IMG/VR virus record: IMGVR_UViG_3300044740_000032
Coordinates: 1-49,731 of that record
Reading direction: 5' to 3' (one strand)
Origin: a virus
Lineage: Duplodnaviria; Caudoviricetes
DNA: 49,731 nucleotides
A program made the translations under genes and the position numbers. The notes under the pieces were generated by a model, which made no database searches, had not been told where the DNA came from, and saw only the letters and a list, made by a program, of their open reading frames with translations. Shown here in pieces: positions 1 to 8,863 of this stretch. Position 1 is the first letter of the stretch, and every line of letters starts with the position of its first letter.

Positions 1-1
1 G

Positions 2-547
2 AAACGCTCCGATCGGAGCGCGCCTGACAGGCGATCCGAGCATGTCGAATCGGGCACGATCAGGGCCACGGCCGACCATGTATCTGGCACACACACCAAA
101 GACAAGACATCGACTTCAAACGAAAACTATGGAGCGGGTGATTCCGATCGGAATCCAAACGGAATCCGATCGGATTCCGTAGGATTCCCTGACTCTGACT
201 CTCTCTCTGTCTCTGTGTCTGTTAGGGGAGTGCAGAGGGGGGCAAACGATCGCGAGACGGTGCGCGGCGCGACACCGGCGCCGGACCGGCTCGACCTGCC
301 GCAGGAGTTCGTGGATGGGTGCCGCATGGACGGGCTCCCGGACCCGCGCAAACACGTCGCTGCGTGCCTCCTGAACGCCCGGAAAAAGGGCCTCGTGCGC
401 GTCGACTGGCTGGCGGAGCTCAAGCACTGGCTGGTGCGCGAGCGGAACTTTTCCGCACGCGACCGACGAGGAGCCGCGCCAGACGACGACGATCGCGCCG
501 ACACGGTCGATCTGAGCGACCACCGCCCTCGGGAGTCCGGGACATGA
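2..547 (+). CDS. Replication initiator protein (lambda O/DnaD-type), 5'-truncated
   Basis: Frame is open from base 2 to TGA 547. It has a low-complexity PDSDSLSVSVSV linker with embedded palindromes and lies directly upstream of dnaB. Confidence 0.7.
   Translation, partial: KRSDRSAPDRRSEHVESGTIRATADHVSGTHTKDKTSTSNENYGAGDSDRNPNGIRSDSVGFPDSDSLSVSVSVRGVQRGANDRETVRGATPAPDRLDLPQEFVDGCRMDGLPDPRKHVAACLLNARKKGLVRVDWLAELKHWLVRERNFSARDRRGAAPDDDDRADTVDLSDHRPRESGT
5..188. promoter_or_regulatory. Putative replication origin: palindromic iterons centred on TCCGATCGGA
   Basis: Perfect palindromes CGCTCCGATCGGAGCG (5-20), GATTCCGATCGGAATC (140-155) and ACGGAATCCGATCGGATTCCGT (159-180), plus a half-site GGATTCC (182-188), all inside the initiator gene. 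Confidence 0.65.
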
Positions 548-596
548 CCACGCGAATGCCGATTGCTGCCCCGCAGAGGCGGTCAGGAGCGACCCG

Positions 597-1979
597 ATGA
601 CCCGGGTTGACGGGATGGTGCCTCCGCATGACCTCGACGCCGAGGGGGCCGTCCTGGGCGCCTTGCTGCTCGTGCCCGGCGCGATCGATACCGTGGCACC
701 GCTCGTGGGCCCCGATGACATGTACTCCGGGCGCCATCGTTGGGTCCTTGAGGGCGCGCTCGCGGTGCACACGGCGAACGAGCCGGTCGACCTGATCACC
801 GTCGCCCGCTGGCTCAAAGACAAGAATCGGATCGAGGATGCCGGCGGCATGGCGTACCTGTCCGAGCTCGTCGTCTCGAGCCCGACGGTCAACCTCGAAG
901 CGGCGTGCCGGATCATCACCGAGAAGTCGCGGATGCGTACGCTCATCGCGAAGTGCCAGCGCCTCGCCGCGGAGGCGTACGTCTACGGCGGAAGCGTCCC
1001 CGACTACCTCGATCGCGCCGAAGCGGAGATGCACGAGCTCGCGAACGCGAGCCGAACGCGGAAGACCATGTCGAGCATGCGGGAGATATTCGGCGAGGTG
1101 TTCGCCGAGATCCGCGAAGCCGCACTGCGCGGCGCAAGCATCAGCGGAATTGCCACCGGGTTCGATTGCTACGATCGCCTGACCGGTGGCCTGCACGACG
1201 GCGAGGTGTCGATCATCGCAGCGCGCCCTGGCATGGGCAAGACGAGCTACGCGATGAACGTCGCGACGAACGTCGGTCTCGCCGATGGCGGCGTGGTTGT
1301 CTTCTCGCTCGAGATGCCGAAGAAGCAGATCGGTGCTCGTGTGGCGTGCTCCGAAGGTCGCGTCGACCTGAGTAAGATCCGCACGGGCAATGTCGGTCCG
1401 ATTGACTGGCAACGGCTCACGCATGCGGTGACGCACGTAGGGGCCGCGGAGCACTTCTACGTCGACGACAAGCCTGGTGCGAGTCTGCTCGAGGTGCGAA
1501 GCAAGTCTCGCGCGAAGGCGACCGACATCGCGCGCAAGGGGAAGCGTCTGCGCCTGATCGTCGTCGACTACGTACAACTCATGACCGGAGACCCCCGCGC
1601 GCAGTCGCGAGAGCAGGAGGTCGCCGGCATTACGAAGGGGCTCAAGGAGCTAGCGAAGGAGCTCGAGTGCCACGTGATGGCGCTCTCGCAGTTGAACCGC
1701 GCGGTCGAGACGCGCGGCGAGAAGAGCAAGCGCCCGCAGCTCTCGGACCTTCGCGAGTCCGGCGCGATCGAGCAGGACGCGGACACGGTCGTCTTCATCT
1801 ACCGCGAGGACTACTACAAGCGCGACGCCGCCGAGCGGAACGTCGCGGAGTTGATCATCTCGAAGCAGCGCAACGGACCAACGGGAACGGTCAAGGTTCG
1901 CTTCGATCGAGAGTTCACCCGCTTCGACAACCTGGCCGATGACGGGTACGGCGAGGAGGACGGGCGCTATGGCGATTGA
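597..1979 (+). CDS. dnaB: Replicative DNA helicase
   Basis: N-terminal PPHDLDAE, Walker A AARPGMGKT, IVVDYVQLM, LSQLNR, SDLRESGAIEQDAD and KQRNGPTG motifs. Confidence 0.97.
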   Translation: MTRVDGMVPPHDLDAEGAVLGALLLVPGAIDTVAPLVGPDDMYSGRHRWVLEGALAVHTANEPVDLITVARWLKDKNRIEDAGGMAYLSELVVSSPTVNLEAACRIITEKSRMRTLIAKCQRLAAEAYVYGGSVPDYLDRAEAEMHELANASRTRKTMSSMREIFGEVFAEIREAALRGASISGIATGFDCYDRLTGGLHDGEVSIIAARPGMGKTSYAMNVATNVGLADGGVVVFSLEMPKKQIGARVACSEGRVDLSKIRTGNVGPIDWQRLTHAVTHVGAAEHFYVDDKPGASLLEVRSKSRAKATDIARKGKRLRLIVVDYVQLMTGDPRAQSREQEVAGITKGLKELAKELECHVMALSQLNRAVETRGEKSKRPQLSDLRESGAIEQDADTVVFIYREDYYKRDAAERNVAELIISKQRNGPTGTVKVRFDREFTRFDNLADDGYGEEDGRYGD

Positions 1980-2316
1980 CGTCTCCATCCCCGGAGTGCG
2001 GCTCGCGAGTCTCAACGCGCTGGCGCGCGAGCACTGGCGTAACCGGCAACGCCGCGCGAAGGACCATCACCTCATCGTGCGGGCGATGCTGTGGCCGCAC
2101 ACGCCGTGGCGAATCGACAAGCCTGTCGTGGTGACGATCACGCGCATTGGGCCGCGCAAGCTCGACGACGACAACCTCGCCGGCAGCGGCAAGCATGTCC
2201 GAGACGCAGTCGCATCGTGCTTCGACCGAGACGACGCCGATACGTTCTTTGCGTGGCAGTACGAGCAGCAAAAGGGAGACTACGGAGTCAGGATTCGGAT
2301 CGAGGAGCGGGTCTAA
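1969..2316 (+). CDS. RusA-like Holliday junction resolvase
   Basis: SLN..HW N-terminus and DDDNLAGSGKHVRDAV (DxDN..K...D) motif; typical position after replication genes. Confidence 0.75.
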   Translation: MAIDVSIPGVRLASLNALAREHWRNRQRRAKDHHLIVRAMLWPHTPWRIDKPVVVTITRIGPRKLDDDNLAGSGKHVRDAVASCFDRDDADTFFAWQYEQQKGDYGVRIRIEERV

Positions 2317-2466
2317 TCAGCAATCGAGCGCTCGGGCCGCGCCGGACGCGGCTGGAGGGTGAAGCGATGGTGGCACGAGTGCGAGGGAGACGAGGCAGGA
2401 CATTCGGGCTCGTGCCCGGCGTAACGGTTCATCGACCGGGCTGGCCCCGGTCAGGAGGTGACGACC

Positions 2467-3135
2467 ATGGCAGCAGCGGTTTCGATTCCGGATCTCGGTC
2501 ACGCGACGACAGCGCCCCGCCCGCCCTCGCCGAAGGAGCTGGCCAACGCGGAGCGCGACCTCGAGTGGTGGTTCGCCCAGCGCGAGGGCGACTTGCAACT
2601 CTCCGGCGCCGGCTACGAACCCGTGCCGTCGCACGTGCACGACCAGGAGGCGCAGGCGCGCACGCACGAGCGGCGGAGCGCCTGGGCGGTCACGGTGGCG
2701 CGCAGGAAGCACGACCGCATCGCGCCGTTCGTCGCTCCGCGCTGGGACTGGGATCGGCGCGACGTCGTGCCGGGCCTCCTCGGGCTCGAGCACATCCAGT
2801 CGGCGACGGCGATCTACACGCCGCGCGTCTATCCGGACCATCTCCGGATCTTGTTCGCCGTCGAGCGGCCGCACATCGAGTGCGGGATGATCACGCTCGT
2901 CGGCGTGGCGCTCCTCTCCGAAGTCCTGCACGATGCCTTCGCGCGCGCGCACGGAGGCAAGGCGCACCGCTCGCTCGCGGAGCTCCTCGACTGGATGGAC
3001 GTGACGGTCCGGAAGGCGACCGAGAAGTCGACGAAGGTGCCGCCGCTCTGGTGCCGGCAGGCGCTCACGGCGGCGAGGGGGGCCAGGGAGCGGGTGCTCG
3101 AGGCGTATGTGATGGTGACGCGGGGGGAGCCGTGA
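2467..3135 (+). CDS. Hypothetical protein (position of a late regulator/antiterminator)
   Basis: AGGAGG RBS 8 nt upstream of the ATG. Function is inferred from position only. Confidence 0.55.
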   Translation: MAAAVSIPDLGHATTAPRPPSPKELANAERDLEWWFAQREGDLQLSGAGYEPVPSHVHDQEAQARTHERRSAWAVTVARRKHDRIAPFVAPRWDWDRRDVVPGLLGLEHIQSATAIYTPRVYPDHLRILFAVERPHIECGMITLVGVALLSEVLHDAFARAHGGKAHRSLAELLDWMDVTVRKATEKSTKVPPLWCRQALTAARGARERVLEAYVMVTRGEP

Positions 3136-3449
3136 GTGTCGACGTCGACGTCGCGATCGCGTGCATGTTCTACGAGCGGTGCCGGAGCGCCATGGCCGAC
3201 TTCCAGGTGTCGGTGGTGCAGATGGACGACTACCGGCACGGCTACGCGTCGCCGCCAACCGTAGTGCGCGCGCTGCGGTGCTCGGGGACCATCGCCGGCC
3301 GGCTCTGGGAAGTGCTCTACGAGTACGAGCGTGACGGGCAGTGGCGCGCGCCGGAGCCGTCGACGTTCCTGTCTCTCGCGCTGCGCAACGCGGCGCACTC
3401 GATCCTCGGCGGTATGATCACCGCGAAGCTGGACGGCCATGCCCCGTAA
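3132..3449 (+). CDS. Hypothetical protein
   Basis: GTGA stop/start overlap with the upstream gene; it is the 3' part of track ORF 2091..3449. Confidence 0.55.
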   Translation: MSVDVDVAIACMFYERCRSAMADFQVSVVQMDDYRHGYASPPTVVRALRCSGTIAGRLWEVLYEYERDGQWRAPEPSTFLSLALRNAAHSILGGMITAKLDGHAP

Positions 3450-3804
3450 GCGCACCGGCCAGCTGCTCTCCCTCGCCGAGGCCGCCGAACTCGCCGGCTG
3501 GGACCGCGACACGATGGCGAAGACGCTACATCGCCACAACGAAGAGGTCGGGAAGACCCTGCTGATCAACACCGGCGGCACCGGCAAGGGCGCGCGCTGG
3601 TGGATCTCCCGCGAGAACCTGCACCGCGTGCTCGGCATCGAGACTCTCGGCACGCACGAGAGGCGGATCCGTCAGCTCGAAGCCGAGGTATCCCACCTAT
3701 CTGAAAAAAAAGACGAGCACGAGGAAGCCATCGACAGGACTCAGAAAGCCTTCGGTGGGCACGAGCGGAGGCTCCAGAAACTCGAGAAAAAGAGTGCCTC
3801 TTAG
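3439..3804 (+). CDS. HTH DNA-binding protein (Xis/MerR-like) with C-terminal coiled coil
   Basis: LLSLAEAAELAGWDRDTM helix-turn-helix, a wing G...RWWIS, then a heptad-rich tail. Confidence 0.7.
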   Translation: MPRKRTGQLLSLAEAAELAGWDRDTMAKTLHRHNEEVGKTLLINTGGTGKGARWWISRENLHRVLGIETLGTHERRIRQLEAEVSHLSEKKDEHEEAIDRTQKAFGGHERRLQKLEKKSAS

Positions 3805-3893
3805 TGCCGAAGAGTGCAGGGGGACCTCTATGGGGTAGGGGTTTCGTCGCGCGGTTCCCTCCGCCCGGGCGGCTCGAGGCTCCGACCTTTACG

Positions 3894-4052
3894 ATGCTGT
3901 TCTCTCAACGCCTCCTCGGCCTCTACGAGAGGCGCCAGACGGCCGCCGGTGCGGTCTCGTACGAGATCCGCGACGAGCGCACTGGCGCCACGCTGGCGTC
4001 GGGTACGACCGAGGCCGCAGCGATCGCGGCACTCCGCCTCCTCGCGCTGTAG
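3894..4052 (+). CDS. Small hypothetical protein
   Basis: Short ORF ahead of terS with no recognisable motif. Confidence 0.35.
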   Translation: MLFSQRLLGLYERRQTAAGAVSYEIRDERTGATLASGTTEAAAIAALRLLAL

Positions 4053-4076
4053 CCGCCCGCAACGAAAGGCGCCGCC

Positions 4077-4463
4077 GTGGCGCGCAAGAAGAAGCCCGCC
4101 GACCCCCGAGCGTGGCAGGCGCAGCTCGACATCCAGCGCCGCCGCATCGAGAAGTACTTCGACGACCGCGATAAGCATCGCGGCATCGTCAGCGCGGAGC
4201 TGCTCGCGCTGCTCGAGCCGCTGCGGGAGATGCTTGCGGCCGGCGACATCCGCGCGGGCGAGTTGGCGCTGAAGGTGCTCGAGCGCGAGTGCAGGCTGCA
4301 CGGCTTGGACAAGCCGAAGCAAGTCGAGCTCACGGGCCGCGACGGCGCGCCGCTGATCGACGTGACGAAGTTGACCGATGCTGAGCTCGAGCGACTCGTT
4401 AGCCGCGAGGGCGGAGATCGAGAGACGCCGCCGGGCGAGGATCCGGGGCGCACGACTCACTGA
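4077..4463 (+). CDS. terS: Terminase small subunit
   Basis: C-terminal KQVELTGRDGAPL..KLTDAELERL is typical of TerS; lies immediately before terL. Confidence 0.8.
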   Translation: MARKKKPADPRAWQAQLDIQRRRIEKYFDDRDKHRGIVSAELLALLEPLREMLAAGDIRAGELALKVLERECRLHGLDKPKQVELTGRDGAPLIDVTKLTDAELERLVSREGGDRETPPGEDPGRTTH

Positions 4464-5766
4464 GCTTGTTCCGCTCCTGACGCCGTACCTCGACGCGCCG
4501 GAGCACCTCGCGCCGCTGACCGATGCGCTCGAGGCCGCGCTCACTAGGCCGGCGCGTCTCGTCGTCTCGACCCCGCCGCAGCACGGCAAGACCGAGACGA
4601 TCAAGCACGCGATCGTGTGGTGGATGCTTCGGCGTCCGCGCGCGCGCCTCGCGTACGCGACGTACGAGACGAGCCGCGCCGAGGCGGTGTCTCGAGAGCT
4701 TCAGCGCCTCGCGCGGGACGCGGGGTTCAAGGTTCAGGGCACGCTCGGGCACTGGCGCATCGACACCGGCGCGACGATCAAGTTCGTCGGCATGGGCGGC
4801 GCCCTCACGGGCGAGCCGGTCGACACGGCGCTCATCATCGACGACCCCGTGAAGGGACTCGCCGAAGCGCAGAGCGCAGCGTACCGCGCGCAGGCCACCG
4901 ACTGGCTCGCCGGCGTCGCGATCCCGCGCTGCCACCCGGGCGCGAGCATCGTTGTCGTTCAGACGCGGTGGCACCCGGACGACCTCGCGGGGCAGTGCGT
5001 CCGCAAGGGCTGGGACGAGATCAACCTTCCGGCGATCAACGTCGACGGGCTCGCGCTCTGGGAAGCGCGCCGCCCGCGCGCGTGGCTCGACGAGCAGCGC
5101 GCCATGATGGGCGAGTTCGCGTTCACGGCGCTCTATCTCGGGCGCCCGCGTCCGCGAGGCGGCACGGTGTTCCGTGACGTCGAGTTCTACGACGCGCTGC
5201 CAGCGCACTATCGCATCGGCATCGGCATCGACCTCGCGTACACGGCGAAGACGCACGCCGACTACTCGACGGCGGTGGTGCTCGCCGAGTCGGACGGCCG
5301 GTACTACGTGCTCGACGTCCGGCGCGAGCAGACCGACGCGCCGACGTTCTGCGGCCACCTCCGCGCGCTCAAGGCCGCGTATCCGGGCGCGCAGTTCTGG
5401 TGGTACACGTCGACGACCGAGAAGGGCTCGGCGGATCTGATCCGCGAGCTCTCGGGCGTTCCGCTCGTCGGGCTCGTCGCGACGACAGACAAGTTCATGC
5501 GCGCGCAGCCGGTCGCGGCCGCGTGGAATCGCGGAGCGATCTCGATCCCGCGCGCGGCGCCCTGGGTGAGCAGCTTCGTCTCCGAGGTCTGCGGCTTCAC
5601 CGGCGTCGGCGACGACCACGACGACCAGGTCGACGCGCTCGCCGCCGCGTTCGACCTCCTCGACAAGAGCAACGTGGTGCAGCTCCCGCGCGCGACGAAA
5701 ACGGCGTTCACGCCCTACGGCGGCAACCCGTTCGCGCCGGGCGACAACCCGAAGGTGAATTGGTGA
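4378..5766 (+). CDS. terL: Terminase large subunit
   Basis: PPQHGKT Walker A, IIDDP Walker B, QTRWHPDDLAG, and nuclease motifs GIDLA and HDDQVDA. Confidence 0.96.
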   Translation: MLSSSDSLAARAEIERRRRARIRGARLTELVPLLTPYLDAPEHLAPLTDALEAALTRPARLVVSTPPQHGKTETIKHAIVWWMLRRPRARLAYATYETSRAEAVSRELQRLARDAGFKVQGTLGHWRIDTGATIKFVGMGGALTGEPVDTALIIDDPVKGLAEAQSAAYRAQATDWLAGVAIPRCHPGASIVVVQTRWHPDDLAGQCVRKGWDEINLPAINVDGLALWEARRPRAWLDEQRAMMGEFAFTALYLGRPRPRGGTVFRDVEFYDALPAHYRIGIGIDLAYTAKTHADYSTAVVLAESDGRYYVLDVRREQTDAPTFCGHLRALKAAYPGAQFWWYTSTTEKGSADLIRELSGVPLVGLVATTDKFMRAQPVAAAWNRGAISIPRAAPWVSSFVSEVCGFTGVGDDHDDQVDALAAAFDLLDKSNVVQLPRATKTAFTPYGGNPFAPGDNPKVNW

Positions 5767-6245
5767 TCGACGCCGGCCGCGCACCGAAGCTGCCGAAGCG
5801 CGTTCCCGCCGCAGCGTCGCGCGAGGATCTCCTCGACTTCGTCCGCTCGTGGTCGCCCGACCTTCGCATCCGCAACGTGCGGCTCGAGGACGGCAGGCGC
5901 GCGTGCGGCGCGAAGTTCACGTTTCGAGGCGAGCCTCTCCTCGTCGAGGTCATCGAGTCAGCCGACTACCCCGACCCCGACGATGCGCTGGTCCGTCAGT
6001 GCGCGTGGCTCATCTGGCGGCGCCTCGGCTTGCCGACGGCGCTCGAGGACGCGAAGCGGCGCGAGATGGAGCGCGCGATCGTCGCGGCCTCGCTTCGCGG
6101 CGACACCGCGACGGTCGAGAAGCTCGGCCTCGACCTCTCGCTGGCGAACGAGGGCATCCGGCAGCCGCCCCAGCGCGGTCCGCGGTTTGAAGACTTCGGC
6201 GGCTCGATGTTCGAGCGCTCGCCGACGAGGGTCACGGGATGGTGA
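5763..6245 (+). CDS. Hypothetical protein
   Basis: GTGA overlap with the terL stop; high GC3 codon pattern. Confidence 0.6.
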   Translation: MIDAGRAPKLPKRVPAAASREDLLDFVRSWSPDLRIRNVRLEDGRRACGAKFTFRGEPLLVEVIESADYPDPDDALVRQCAWLIWRRLGLPTALEDAKRREMERAIVAASLRGDTATVEKLGLDLSLANEGIRQPPQRGPRFEDFGGSMFERSPTRVTGW

Positions 6246-6391
6246 ACGAGAAGAAGCGCGAGAAGCGAGACCGCCGGCCGAAGGAGACCGAGGTCTACGT
6301 GCCGCCCCCGCGGCCGCGCGAGCTCGGCGCCAGCGTCGGCGAGGGACCGGCGCGCGAGCGCCCGCAGCCGAGGACGGAGATCGCGAAGTGA
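6242..6391 (+). CDS. Small basic/proline-rich hypothetical protein (49 aa)
   Basis: GTGA overlaps at both ends; translated by hand as MNEKKREKRDRRPKETEVYVPPP... Confidence 0.5.
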   Translation: MNEKKREKRDRRPKETEVYVPPPRPRELGASVGEGPARERPQPRTEIAK

Positions 6392-6792
6392 GCGCCGTCC
6401 CGAACCCCCGCCTCCCCGAGCACTGCGCCCCGCGCACCCAGAGCTTCAGCGGGCAGATCCCCGTGCGCTTCGACGGCGCGCCGAACTCACCCTTCGAGGG
6501 CGACGCCAAGTGGCGCGGCGTGCGCGACTTCGAGCACGCGACGCTCTGCCGCACGTTCGCTCTCGACCCGAACCGCTTCTATTTCGACCTGCCGTCGACG
6601 GTGCGTGGCATCGGCGCCAACGCGCGCGGCGCCGCCAACATCCCGAGCGGCCGGCGCCTCCTCAACGGCTTCGTCTTCATGGCGGGCCGCAACGACCCCG
6701 TCGCGAAGCTGACCATCTGCTTCGACGGCGAGACCTTCCGCGACGTCGACCCGCTGGACGTGCGCGACTTCCAGGACCTCAGCAGGAGCTAG
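6388..6792 (+). CDS. Hypothetical protein
   Basis: GTGA overlap and strong codon bias. Confidence 0.6.
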   Translation: MSAVPNPRLPEHCAPRTQSFSGQIPVRFDGAPNSPFEGDAKWRGVRDFEHATLCRTFALDPNRFYFDLPSTVRGIGANARGAANIPSGRRLLNGFVFMAGRNDPVAKLTICFDGETFRDVDPLDVRDFQDLSRS

Positions 6793-6795
6793 CGA

Positions 6796-7353
6796 ATGCC
6801 CGTCCTCGACAACAAGCCCGAGCTTCATCGATTCGGCCTCGTCCCCGCCAAGATCGGCGCCAGCTTCGCGCACAAGCTCGGCGTGCCGTTCCCGCTCACG
6901 CCGCCGGAGTACTCGACCAAGTCGACGACGCCCGGCGGCGGCGCCAGGACGCGCGCGCATGCGGTCTCGAAGCCGGGCTTCGAGTACGGCACGAACCCGA
7001 TCGACGGCTCGAAGATCGCCACCAAGGCGCTCCCGGGGACGACGATCTATCTCGAGGTGCAGGACCTCTCGCGCGTCGAGCTCGAGCTCGTGGACCACGT
7101 CGAGTGGACGTGCAACCACCCCGACTGCGGCGGCAAGAAGTACAAGACGCGCGACGAGCTCGTTCGCGCGCACGGCAAGGACGCGGACCTGATCGCGAAG
7201 GCGCAGCAGCTCGGCGTAGAGCGCGGCGGCCGCGCGCACGTGTTCTTCGGTGTCATCGAGCTCCCGGCCGTCGAGGAGAAGAAGGACGAGAAAGGGCGCG
7301 TGGTCCGTCCGGCTCAGGACGTGACCGTGATGCTGGTCAGCGACGAGGCGTAG
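6796..7353 (+). CDS. Hypothetical protein with possible C2H-type Zn finger
   Basis: AGGAG RBS; WTCNHPDCGGKKYKTRDELVRAH segment. Confidence 0.65.
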   Translation: MPVLDNKPELHRFGLVPAKIGASFAHKLGVPFPLTPPEYSTKSTTPGGGARTRAHAVSKPGFEYGTNPIDGSKIATKALPGTTIYLEVQDLSRVELELVDHVEWTCNHPDCGGKKYKTRDELVRAHGKDADLIAKAQQLGVERGGRAHVFFGVIELPAVEEKKDEKGRVVRPAQDVTVMLVSDEA

Positions 7354-7357
7354 CCCC

Positions 7358-8863
7358 ATGAACGGCGGCGCGCCGTCGCCCTACCCCGGCTTCGGCGCCA
7401 CGCAGCCGCCGATCGACGACCCCGGCTTCCAGCCGCCCGGCGATCCCCTCGTCGACATCGCGACGACGAAGCAGCGCGCTCTCGTCATCAACCGCGAGAT
7501 CCCGAACGTCATCGTCCAGAGCGGCTGGACGGTCTCCGACGTCCGGACCTCGCTCCAGGACCTCGCCAGCGGCGTCTTTGACCTGCCGTCGCAGCTCCAC
7601 GACGCCATCGCCGGCGACTCGCGCGTGCAGAGCGCGCTCCGGTCGCGCAGCGGCGGCCTCCTCGGCCGGCCGATCCGGTTCAAGATCCCCGAGCGCTTCG
7701 AGGACGACAAGCGCGCGAAGAAGTGCCTGCGCGCGTGGGAGAACCACTGGCCGCAGATGGCGGCCGAGCCGGCGCTGCAGCACCTGCTCGAGACGTCGCA
7801 CTCGCTCGGCTTCAGCCACGCCCAGATCCTCTGGGACACAGGGCGCGACCTCTGGAAGCCCTACCTGCTGCCGTGGGGCGACCGGTTCAACTGGTTTCAC
7901 TGGATCTACCGCATCCACGTCGCCGTCACGCAGGACGGCGCGGTGCCGATCACGCCGGGCGATGGCCACTGGGTGCAGCACGCCCCCTTCGGCTCGTATC
8001 GCGGGTGGATGCGCGGGGCGCTCCGAGCGCTGGCCCAGTGGTGGCTCGCGCGGGCGTACGCGCTTCGAGACTTCGCCCGCTACTGCGAGCGGCACGGCTT
8101 CCCGATCCTGCTCTGGGACACGCCGTTCGGCGCCGACCCTTCGGCGATCGCCAACGGCCAGACGCAGCTCGCGACCATCGGCCAAGAGTCGGTGCTGCAG
8201 CTCCCGGGCTCGGTCGACCTCACGAAGTTCGGCAAGTACGACCTTCGGTACCTCGAGCCCGCCGACGAGAACTGGCAGGCGTTCAAGGCGCTCATCGAGC
8301 AGTGCAACGACGAGATCACGCTCGCGTTGCTCGGCCAGAACCTGACCTCGCAGGTCAAGGAAGGCTCGCTCGCGGCGGCGCGCGTCCACGCGGACGTGCG
8401 GCAGGCGATCCTCGAGGCAGATGCCCGCGCGCTGGCGAAGACCATCTACGTTCAGATCGCGCGGCCATTCGCGGCGCTGAACTTCGGCGACCCCGAGCTC
8501 GCGCCCACGGTGCAGTGGGACGTCCGGCCGCAAGAGGACCTCAAGCAGAAGGCGGATACGTTTCACGCGTTCGCGTCGGGCATCCAGGCGCTCCGGCAGG
8601 CGGGCTTCGCGCTCAAGAACCCGGAGAGCTTCGCAAGGAAATTCGGCCTGCGCGGGATGGCGCTCAAGGAAGTGCCGCCGGTGCAGATCGAGGCGCAGCT
8701 CGCGCGCGCGACGGGACAGGTCAGCGACTCCTCGGCGGGCGGGCTCTCGGACGTCTCGCCGCCGGACCAAGACGACAAGGACGACAGCAACGATGCCGAG
8801 GCGCGACTCAAGAGCTTTGCGCGGCGGCACCGCGAAGTCGTCGAACGAGCGAGAGCGGCGTGA
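7358..8863 (+). CDS. Portal protein, Mu gp29/DUF935-like
   Basis: DSRVQSALRSR, YCERHGFP, ITLALLGQNLTS..GSLAAARVHADVR motifs; size and position fit. Confidence 0.9.
   Translation: MNGGAPSPYPGFGATQPPIDDPGFQPPGDPLVDIATTKQRALVINREIPNVIVQSGWTVSDVRTSLQDLASGVFDLPSQLHDAIAGDSRVQSALRSRSGGLLGRPIRFKIPERFEDDKRAKKCLRAWENHWPQMAAEPALQHLLETSHSLGFSHAQILWDTGRDLWKPYLLPWGDRFNWFHWIYRIHVAVTQDGAVPITPGDGHWVQHAPFGSYRGWMRGALRALAQWWLARAYALRDFARYCERHGFPILLWDTPFGADPSAIANGQTQLATIGQESVLQLPGSVDLTKFGKYDLRYLEPADENWQAFKALIEQCNDEITLALLGQNLTSQVKEGSLAAARVHADVRQAILEADARALAKTIYVQIARPFAALNFGDPELAPTVQWDVRPQEDLKQKADTFHAFASGIQALRQAGFALKNPESFARKFGLRGMALKEVPPVQIEAQLARATGQVSDSSAGGLSDVSPPDQDDKDDSNDAEARLKSFARRHREVVERARAA

Noticed and set aside
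3805-3893. Late promoter or pac/cos site upstream of terS
   Set aside because: The position is suggestive (G-runs, TACGAT), but no convincing -35 box or repeat structure supports a call.
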